Origin: Phyllobates terribilis
Lineage: Eukaryota
Assembly (NCBI RefSeq): GCF_046119375.1
Contig: NW_027362762.1
Coordinates: 716,038,001-716,102,000, forward strand
Length of the DNA stretch: 64,000 nt
Reading direction: 5' to 3'
In this document: positions 1 through 10,300 of the stretch, one piece after another
Layout: every line of letters begins with the position of its first letter
Numbering within the stretch: position 1 is the stretch's first letter
Notes under the pieces: model-generated
What the model saw: only the letters and a program-made list of their open reading frames with translations
The model's database searches: none
What the model was told of the DNA's origin: nothing
Position numbers and translations under genes: made by a program

Positions 1-918
1 TTAACCTCCGCTAGAGCCTAAAATTAAGGGGAACCCCACGCCAATTTTTTTAATAATAAATCCTTTATTTTAATACTAAATGACAAGTACAGTAACCAAC
101 ACTATCACTGTACTTCATATATATGTGACTGACATGTTTCTATCTATTTAATCTATGTGTGAAGCTCTATTCTGTCTGTTATAAATTGTCGGGTACCGCT
201 GCTGAATTGCCGGCCGGCTTTTTTAAAGAGACGGTGCATGAAAACACTATTATTTTTTTTGATAAATCCTTTACGCTAAATGACAAGTAGAGTAAGCAGC
301 ACTGTCACTGTACTTCATATATATGTGACTGACATGTTTCTATCTATCTAATCTATGTGTGATTCTCTATTCTTTCTATTCTAAATTGTCAGGTACCGCT
401 GCTGAATTGCCGGCCGGCTTTTTTAAAGAGACGGTGCATGAAAACACTATTATTTTTTTTGATAAATCCTTTACGCTAAATGACAAGTACAGTAAGCAGC
501 ACTTTCACTGTACTTCGTATATATGTGGCTGACATGTTTATATCTATCTAATCTATGTGTGAAGCTCTATTCTTTCGGTTCTAAATTGTCGGGTACAGGT
601 GTATGCCGCTGCTGAATTGCCGGCTTTTCATGTTTCACTGTTGGCACTGTTCCCATCGATTTGGGCAATCACTGTAATGTCACAACCACCATGGCTGTGG
701 CATTACAGTGAGTGGCAGACAATCCCTGCATGATTGGTGCTCTAAATAGCACCAGACATGCAGGACACGCTTTTGGTGCACGAACAGTTATCGAACATAA
801 CCTCGAACAGCCGAATTTTTTGCAAATCGTTCGGGTTCGTCGAACAACTCGAACACCGCCCAAAACAGCTCGAATTTGAGATTGGCGAACAGTTCTAGTC
901 GAACACCGCTCATCTCTA
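1..918 (-). mobile_element. Terminal part of a non-autonomous hAT element (third copy of the 7311-12828 family); runs off the window start
   Basis: Collinear with 12111-12828 but with three rather than two 200-bp units. Ends in TIR ...gaacaccgctcatctcta at 918, followed by ttcacgac and then mid-transposase sequence of another hAT. Confidence 0.9.
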
Positions 919-928
919 TTCACGACCA

Positions 929-3301
929 GTGTCAGCAGGTGTCACCACTGCTTCTTCCGCTGTTGTGCGTGTAATAGAACCCCCTGGTGTGCATGCGAGG
1001 CAATCCCCTGTCCATACTGCATGCAAAGATGCCCCCTCCTCTCAGTCTTCACTTGTTATGGCAGTTTCTCAAGAAACAGAATCAACGTCCAGGTCCCACC
1101 ACAGCGTTCAATTGTCCATATCCCAGAGCTTTGAATGAAAGCGCAAATTCGCAGCCAACGCCCCACAGGCCACAGTCCTAAATTGGCACATTTCACGACT
1201 GCTTGCGTTGGAAATGCTGCCTTTTAGGCTGGTGGAGACGCAATCCTTCCGCAACCTTATTGCGGTGGCCGTCCCTCAGTACTCAGTCCCCAGCCGACAC
1301 TATTTTGCCCCATGTGCCATCCCTGCACTACACAAGCACGTGTCCCAAAACATCTGCCGTGCCCTCAACAACGCAGTTACTGGGAGAGTCCACTTGACAA
1401 CGGACACGTGGACAAGTGCTTGTGGCCAGGGATGGCACATCTCCCTGACGGCACACTGGGTAAACATAGTGGAAGCCGGGACCCTGTCAGACCTTGGGAC
1501 AGAACACATCCTCCCCACACTGTGGATTGCAGGCCGTATGTCAGTCAGAGTTGCCCCCACAGTCTACAGGTCCTGCGCATCATCCTCCTCCTCATGCTCA
1601 GCCTCCCTCTCAGATATCACCACATCAGTTACAAGCTGGAAGCACTGCAGTACTGCCTCAGCCAAGCGGCAGCAGGCTGTTCTGACACTCACAAGCTTAG
1701 GTGATAAAACTCACACTGCTTGTGAGTTGTGGACAGCTGTGAAAGAGCAGGTAGATCTGTGGCTGAGACCGCTGAACCTACATCCAGGCATGGTCGTGTG
1801 TGACAATGGCAGTAACCTGGTGGCAGCTCTGAGGCGAGGCGAGATCACACACGTACCATGCCTGGCTCATGTGCTTAACCTCGTGGTTCAGCGGTTTCTT
1901 AAATCGTACCCCGAGTTGCCAGATCTGCTCGTCAAAATACGTCGCCTGTCAGCTCATTTTCGGAAGTCGGCTACAGCTTCCGCCGCCCTTGCTGTGTTGC
2001 AGCAGCATTTGCAGCTTCCGGCACCCCGACTGGTGTGTGATTTCCTCACTCGTTGGAACTCTACCCTGCACATGTTGCAAAGGATTTGTGAGCAGAAGAG
2101 AGCAGTTCTGTTGTATCAGCTGCAACAAGGCCGTCGATATTCAGGTCAGACTCCACACATAAGACCTCAGGAGTGAACCTGGATGTCTGACATATGTACC
2201 ATCCTGACAAACTTTGAGGAGTCCACCAAGATGGTGAGTGGCGATGACGCCATCATTAGCGTCAGCATCCCACTTGTCTGTCTGTTGCAACGCTCTCTGC
2301 AGAGAATTAAAGAGGAGGCATTGCAGCCAGATTATGATGAGATGGATCAAGAAGCCGTAATGGGCGATTACATACAGCCCAGCCTCATATCATCCCAACG
2401 TGCATTGGGGGACAATGAGGCAGAGGAGGAGGAGGAAGAACTGGAGCTGGTATCATGCGCTGTAGACGGTAGTACCTGTACAACAGTCATACAGTCGGTT
2501 CAGCGTGGGTGGCCTGAGTGCAGGGGGGAGGAGGAGGAGGAGAAGAGCATGGTCAGTCGTCATCTTGGTGAGGACACGGAAGTCTTGCCCATTACCAGTC
2601 TGGCACGCATGGCTGACTTTGTGTTACTCTGCCTTAACCTTGACCCTCGTGTTGTCAAAATGTTGGGTGACAGTCATTACTGGTTGGTGACATTTTTAGA
2701 CCCCCGCTGCAAGGAGAACTTTCACTCTCTTATTCCTGAGGTGGAGAAGTCTACAAAAATGAGGCAGTACCAGAAGGCCCTTGCTGCAGAACTGTTAAAA
2801 AAATTCCCATCTGAACACGCTAGCGGCAGAGGTCACAGTTCGGTGACCAACCAAGGTGTACAGGCGAGAGAGACGCAACTCCAATCCAGCAGAGGCAGGG
2901 GAAAACTGTCAACGTTCTGGGACAGTTTTCTGAGACCCGTCCAGCTTACAGGCCCTGAGGCGCGGGGTACTCTCACAAGGAGTGTAAAGTTTCAAAAGAT
3001 GGTGAAGGAGTAACTTTCTGACTGTACCAGCGTCCTCCGTGATTCCTCTGTGCCTTTTAATTATTGGGTATCCAAGCTGGACACTTGGAATGAACTCGCT
3101 CTGTATGCCTTGGAGGTCCTGGCCTGCCCTGCCACTAGCGTGTTATCGAAGCGTGTTTTTAGTGCCGCTGGGGTAATTATAACTGATAAGCGCAGTTGCC
3201 TGTCAACTGACAACGCTGACAAGCTGACCCTTATCAAAATGAACAAGGGCTGGATTGGGCCAGACTTCTCATCACCACCAAATGACAGCAGAGTAACATA
3301 A
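929..3301 (+). pseudogene. hAT (Ac-like) transposase pseudogene
   Basis: ORFs 929-1138, 1208-2176, 2183-3013 and 3050-3301 share one frame, broken by three in-frame stops. Motifs: HLTTDTWTS (first D), VVCDNGSN (second D), HVPCLAHVLNLVV (CxxH), TRWNST, LDPR, CPATSVLSKRVFSAAG (SERxFS, E replaced by K), and the dimerisation region. Confidence 0.95.
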
Positions 3302-3574
3302 AGTCAAATCCACTGTGTTATTTTGGGAGGTGTATTCCCATGCACTGCTTCACACTCACACATGGGTATACGCCTCCTCATTTCGGCTGTATTTTGCTCT
3401 TCTCCTTATCCTTAGCCTCCACCACTACTATACCACCAGGGTCACCGTGCTCCGTGTTGCCAGCATTGCAAGTTCCTCTGTCCTAATTTTTAGCTGCTTT
3501 TGCTTGGAAGGCAGAGTCAAAGACTATGGGAGACACCCTTCCCAATAGTGGGAATAATGTTTTTAATATGCTGT

Positions 3575-4630
3575 ACTGCATGGCTCTTGTAAGGGGCATG
3601 AAAACCATCTTGTTCAGCTACTCTAAACTCCACGTCTCTTCCAAGGGGCATTAAATCCATCTTTTCAAGCTACTGCGACCTCCACCACTTTTCCAAGGGG
3701 CATTAAAACCATCTGTTTAAGCTACTGCAACCTCCACCAGTTTTCCAAGGGGCATTAAACTGTCTTGTTAAGCTACTGCGACCTCCACCACTTTTCCAAG
3801 GGGTATTGATATTGTCTTTTTATTCCACTGCGACCTCCACCATTCTTCCAAGGGGCATAAAAACTGTCTTGTTAACCTACTGTGACCTCCAAGTCTCTTT
3901 CAAGGGGCATTAAAACCGTCTTGTTAAGCTACTGCGACCTCCACCATTCTTCCAATGGGCATTAAAACTGTCTTGTTAAGCTACTGCGACCGCCACCACT
4001 TTTCCAAGGGGCATTAAAACCGTCTTGTTGAGCTGCTGCGACCTCCACCATTCTTCCAAGGGGCATTAAAACCGTCTTGTTAAGCTACTGCGACCTCCAC
4101 CACTATTCCAAGGGGCATTAAAACCGTCTTGTTGAGCTACTGCGACCTCCACCATTCTTCCAAAGGGCATTAAAACCGTCTTGTTAAGCTACTGCAACCT
4201 CCACCACTTTTCCAAGGGGCATTAAAACCGTCTTGTTAAGCTACTGCGACCTCCACCACTTTTCCAAAGGGCATTGATATTGTGTTTTTATTCCACTGAG
4301 ACCTCCACCATTCTGCAAGGGGCATTAAAACCGTCTTGTTAAGCTACTGCGACCTCCACGTCTCTTCCAAGGGGCATTAAAACTGTCTTGTTAAGCTACT
4401 GCAACCTCTACGTCTCTTCCAAGGGGCATTTAAACCGTCTTGTTAAGCAACTGCAACATCCACCACTTTTCCAAGGCGCATTGATATTGTCTTTTTATTC
4501 CACTATGACCTCCACCATTCTTCCAAGGGGCATTAAAACTGTCTTGTTAAACCACTCTGAATTCCACAGCTCTTCCAAGGGGCATTGAAATGTTGTTTAT
4601 AATTAACTCTAACCTCCATGACTCTTCCAA
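3575..4630 (+). repeat. 52-bp tandem repeat, about 20 copies, in the 3' region of the hAT element
   Basis: Unit ttccaaggggcattaaaaccgtcttgttaagctactgcgacctccaccactt; period read from ccaccact at 4201 and 4253. Confidence 0.95.
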
Positions 4631-5199
4631 CAGGCATTGAATTTCCTCCTAATTTTAGTCAGCTGTTGCTTTTCAATGCATAGGCGAACACTAAGGGAGA
4701 CCCACTCCCCAATAATGGGTAGAAGGTTTTTAGCATGCTGTAATCCACGTCTGTTTCAAGGGGCATTGCAGTTCCTCATAATTTTTGGAAAGCCTTCCAT
4801 TCACTGCTTAGGCCAACAGTGCACAGGAGACCCAGTTGCTATAAATGGAAAAAACGGTTTAGTTAAGGCCCTCTGACCTCCATGTCACTTCCAACATTTT
4901 TGGTATGCATTGCACTCACTGTATGCCCTATAACTGTGTAGCCGAACCGCTCCTTTTGGTACAGAAACATATCCAACAAGACATGTGTGGTTGACTGGCC
5001 AGATATTGATGTGAATGGTCCCTGTTCCTCCTGCTCTTTCTCCTATGCCACCAACTCATCCATCATTCATCACCTGAAGCTTTGTTTTAATAGGAGTCAT
5101 AGAACTGGGATAGTAGCAGGAAAACATCCAGCAATCCTCGGAGGAGGTAGGATATGCGCCAAAGCGCTGACCACCTCAGGCCTAGCCGCTACTTCATAC

Positions 5200-6228
5200 A
5201 TGCGCTTGCATTCCAAGAAAACAAAGCAGATGCTAGCTTCTATCATCATCATCATGCTCCTCACCTTGGCACTCTCAACTCCCCTGATGGAGAAGCCAGG
5301 GCCCACCGGAGGAGTCTGATTCTCTGGTGCGCTCGTCCAATGCTGCCCTAAAGCAGGCCAGGCTAAGAAAAGTGTGGGGGAAGTTGACAGGAGAAATAGG
5401 GGTGGCTGGGGATCGTTTATGGACACCCGGCCGCCCCTAGGCGGCTGGGGACCGTGTGTGGACACCCGGCCGCGGGGCAGCTAGGGACCGAGTATGGACA
5501 CCCAGCCGCCCCCTGGCAGCTGGGGACCGAGCGAGGACACCCGGGCGCCGGGCGGCTGGGGACTGAGTATGGATACCAGGCCACCAAAGCAGCCATTATG
5601 TGGTGGCCGGCGTCTGCCTCCACATGCCTAAAAGGCCCAATTTGAAGTGCAAGCAAGCTAGCAGTATGGTATTGCAGCCTGGGGGTGGGTGGGTGGCAGG
5701 TTGCACACTTACGCTTGCATTCAAAGAAAACAAAGCAGATGCTAACTTCTATCATCATCAACATGCTCCTCACCTTGGCACTCTCAACTCCCCTCATGGA
5801 GAAGCCAGGGCCCACTGGAGGAGTCTAGTTCTCTGGTGGGCTCGTCCAATGCTGCCCTAAAGCTTGCCAGGCTAAGAAAAGTGTGGGGGAAGTTGACAGG
5901 AGAAATAGGGGTGGCTGGGGACCGTTTATGGACACCCGGCCGCCCCCAGGCGGCTGGGGACCGTGTGTGGACACCCCGCCGCGGGGCGGCTGGGGACCGA
6001 GTATGGACACCTGGCCGCCCCCTCGCGGCTGGGGACCGAGCGTTGACACCCGGCCGCTGGGCGGCTGGGTACTGAGTATGGATACCTCGCAGCCGAAGCA
6101 GCCATGAGGTAGTGGCCAGCTTCAGCCTCCTCCTAACTAAAAGGCCCCATTTCAAGTGCAAACTAGCAGTATGGTATTGCAGTCTAGGGGTGGGTGGGTG
6201 GCAGGCTGCATACTTGTGCTTGCATTGC
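5200..6228 (+). repeat. ~510-bp tandem duplication, each copy holding a 39-bp GC-rich minisatellite
   Basis: cgcttgcatt at 5203 and 5712. Unit ggacacccggccgcccctaggcggctggggaccgtgtgt repeated at about 5420-5580 and 5930-6085. Confidence 0.85.
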
Positions 6229-7310
6229 AAGGAATGGGGGAGATACAATTGAACACTGCCCTGGGACAAGGACTTGAACGGGGATAGTTGCAAGTCTGCA
6301 TCTTCTGATGCGGCAAGGATCACTTCTGATGGGCACACTTTTAGGCAGTGACCTGGGTGTCAGAGATGCTTCCAGAGGTCTTCTCCGTGCTGTTCCCATG
6401 TCTTTTCAGCACTGTATGCATGTGTCACACAGCACATGGCCAGATAAGATTGTAAAATGTTAAAATGACATTTCCCGGTGAATGCATTTGTCACGGTTGA
6501 AAGCAATACAAAAGTGCAAAAACGCATAAAAAATGCTACTTGTGAACATAGCCCAAGGTGTGGAAGAGTATTTTTGTTTTTGGGTATTTATTTTACCTTA
6601 TACACAAGTCTTTACCCTGGAAAGGAAGTTCCTTAACATATTTCACAGGAAAACCGTTTCAGTTTAGTTTTTGAACAATTTATTGTAAGCCCGTAAAAGT
6701 GGCTTAATACCTCTGACCACGTTGTTGACAGCAGTGACCTGGGAGTCATAAATGCTTCCTGGGGCGATACCCATGCTCTTCCCATGTCATTTGAACACTG
6801 TCACTATCGTTTTTGGCACTTTTTAGGCTTTCTACAGACTGCCGGGGGTGCCGCCGCAAAAATGCTCGGGTCTCCCATAGACTAACATTGGGCTCGTTGC
6901 TCTGGTCGAGCACCCGAGTATCACGGTGAGCTGGGCCCGAGCTTCGAGCACCCGAGCATTTTAGTGCTCGCTCAACACTACTCACAAACCATTGCTCCTG
7001 GAGAGTCTGCCAGCACAGTCAGCACTCAAGTGCGGACAGAACATCGCAGACACATTTTCAATCTACCTACACAGGGATGCTGAAACTCTGTGTAACCCTA
7101 CCTAAAACAACATGTGACTTGCAGCATACAGAATGCAGAGTGGTAGGGTAGGGTGACCAAGGCTCTGTGCTCTACCGCAATGCCTAATTGTATCGGCTGC
7201 TGCCTGCTGCTACAGATATAAGTGGTGGTTGCTGTGAGTGGGCCCCACAATGTGAGTGGACCAGGGGCACTGCCTTTTTGGGGAAGCGAGCCCAGTTTAT
7301 TCCTCTTAAC

Positions 7311-10300
7311 TAGTGTTGAGCCACCCCCGTAGTGTTCGGGTTCGGTTCGGTTCGTCGAACACCGGGATGTTCGAGGAACTGTTCGTCGAACTGTTCGTCG
7401 AACACCTTAGAACACCGTCGAACACCGTTAAAACCAATGGCAGGCAAACAAAAACACATAGAAACACATAGAAAACACCTGCAAAGGTGTCCAAAAGCTG
7501 ACAAACTGCTCAGAAGACACTCTGTTTAAAAAAGCCGGCCGGCAAATTCAGCAGCGGCATACACCGGTACCCGACAATTTAGACAAGAAGGAATAGAGCA
7601 TCACACATAGATTAGATAGATAGAAACATGTCAGTCAAACATATAAGAAGCACAGTGACAGTGTTGGTTACTGCATTTGTCATTTAGTGTAAAGGATTTA
7701 TTAAAAAAAATATTAGTGTTTTCATGCACCGTCTCTTTAAAAAAGCCGGCCGGCAATTCAGCATCTGTACCCGACAATTTAGAACAGAAAGAATAGAGCT
7801 TCACACATAGATTAGATAGATAGAAACATGTCAGTCACATATAAGAAGCACAGTGACAGTGTTGCTTACTGTACTTGTCATTTAGTGTAAAGGATTTATT
7901 TAAAAAAATAATAGTGTTTTCATGCACTGTCTCTTTAAAAAAGCCGGCCGGCAATTCAGCAGCGGTACCCGACAATTTAGAACAGAAAGATAGAGCATCA
8001 CACATAGATTAGATAGATAGAAACATGTCAGTCACATATATATGAAGTACAGTGATAGTGTTGGTTACTGTACTTGTCATTTAGTATTAAAATAAAGGAT
8101 TTATTATTAAAAAAATTGGCGTGGGGTTCCCCTTAATTTTAGGCTCTAGCGGAGGTTAAGCAGACGGCTGGGGCAGATGTTTGAAGCCTGGGAAGGGGGT
8201 AATACCCACGGAGCTTCCCAGGCTACTAATATCAGCCCCCAGCTGAATACATAGCCTTTACTAGCTATTAAAATGGGGGTCCCCCCCAAAAAAATGACGT
8301 GGGGTCCCCCCTAATTTAATAGCTAGCAAAGGCTAGGCAGACAGCTGAGGGCTGATATTAATAGCCCAGGAAGGGAGCCATGAATATTGGCCCCCTCCCA
8401 GGCTAGAAACACCAGCCGTCAGCCGCCCCAGAAATGGCGCATTCATAGGATGCGCCAATTCTGGCACTTAGCCTCGCTCTTCCACGCTGCCCTGGTGCGG
8501 TGGCAGGGGGTAATAGGGTTGGGGTTGATGTCAGCTTATAATGCCAGCTGACATCAAGCCCAGGTTAGTAATGGAGAGGCGTCTATAAGACACCCCCATT
8601 ACTAACCCCATAGTCAAAGTTAAAAAAAACACAAACACCCAGAATAAAGTCCTTTAATTGAAATAAAGACACAATCCTTTATTGTTCTAAATTAAACCAT
8701 ACCTACCATCACGCCCATTCCAGCTGAAGCCAACGATCTCCTGCAATAAAAGAAAAATAATAAAGCAACCTCATCCTTACCTTTCCATGGTTCCCACGAC
8801 AGCTTCAGCTCTGCTACATCGAGATGACAGGCTGGACCGCAGCAGAACGCCGCCATCCAGCCTGTCATCCCGCAGACACTGAGAAGCGCAGGCTTGCTTG
8901 CGCTGCTCAGCGTCTCTCTGTGACGACATCCAGATGAGCCGAGTTCATGTCCAATGAACTCGGCTCACCTCATGCACGTCACTGACAGCGTGGGAAAATT
9001 CTCACGCTGAAGCGCTGATTGCAGGAGAATTTTCCCACGCTGTCAGTGACGTGCAGGAGGTGAGCTGAGTTCATTGGACATGAGCTCACCTCATGCACAT
9101 CACTGACAGCGTGGGAGAATTCTCCTGCAATCAGCGCTTCAGCGTGAGAATTTTCCCACGCTGTCAGTGACGTGCATGAGGTGAGCCGAGTTCATTGGAC
9201 ATGAACTCGGCTCATCTGGATGTCGTCACAGAGAGACGCTGAGCAGCGCAAGCAAGCCTGCGCTTCTCAGTGTCTGCGGGATGACAGACTGGATGGCAGC
9301 GTTCTGCTGCGGTCCAGCCAGTCATCTCGATGTAGCAGAGCTGAAGCTGTCGTGGGAACCATGGAAAGGTAAGGATGAGGTTGGTTTATTATTTTTCTTT
9401 TATTGCAGGAGATCGTTGGCTTCAGCTGGAATGGGTGTGATGGTAAGTATGGTTTAATTTAGAACAATAAACAATTGTGTCTTTATTTCAATTAAAGGAC
9501 TTTATTCTGGGTGTTGTGTTTTTTTTAAATACTTTACTAGAAATTCATGGCGGTCATGTCTAATACTGGCGTGACCCCATGAATTTTGGGCTTGGGGCCA
9601 GCTGATAATACCAAGCTGGCCCTAACCCCTTTATTACCCAGTGAGCCACCGCACCAGGGCCCTGGATGAGTTGGGTACAGCGCCAGAAGATGGCGCTTCT
9701 ATGAACGCGCCATTTTCCGGGGTGGCTGCGGACTGCAATTTGTAGCGGGGGGGGGCCCAGAAAGCTTGGGCCTCCCTGCGCTGCAGATTCCAGCCCCCAG
9801 CTGCCTAGTTGTACCTGGCTGGACACAAAAATAGGGCGAAGCCCCACGTACTTTTTTTTTAATTATTTCATGAATTTCATGAAATAATTAAGAAAAAAAG
9901 GCCTTCCCTATATTGTTGTGTCCGGCCAGGTACAAATAGGCAGCTGGTGGTTGGGGGCAGCCCGTTCCTGCCTGCTGTACCTGGCTGGACACAAATATAG
10001 TGCGAAGCCCCACTTCAATTTTTTTAAATTATTTCAGGAAATTCATGAAATAATTTAAAAAAAATTGACGTGGGGCTTCGCACTATATTTGTGTCCAGCC
10101 AGGTACAGCAGGCAGGAACGGGCTGCCCCCAACCACCAGCTGCCTATTTGTACCTGGCCGGACACAACAATATAGGGAAGGCCTTTTTTTCTTAATTATT
10201 TCATGAAATTCATGAAATAATTAAAAAAAAAGTACGTGGGGCTTCGCCCTATTTTTGTGTCCAGCCAGGTACAACTAGGCAGCTGGGGGCTGGAATCTGC

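Larger units (their letters stand above)
919..6980 (+). mobile_element. Large hAT DNA transposon, 5' part cut off by the insertion ending at 918
   Basis: Contains hAT transposase remnants and subterminal tandem arrays. The right end ...gtgctcgctcaacacta (6980) is preceded by repeated cgagca/ctcggg motifs. Confidence 0.85.

Noticed and set aside
3575-4630. CRISPR-like appearance of the 52-bp array (also the 110-bp array at 25146)
   Set aside because: Units are contiguous tandem copies without unique spacers, there are no cas genes, and the context is eukaryotic.
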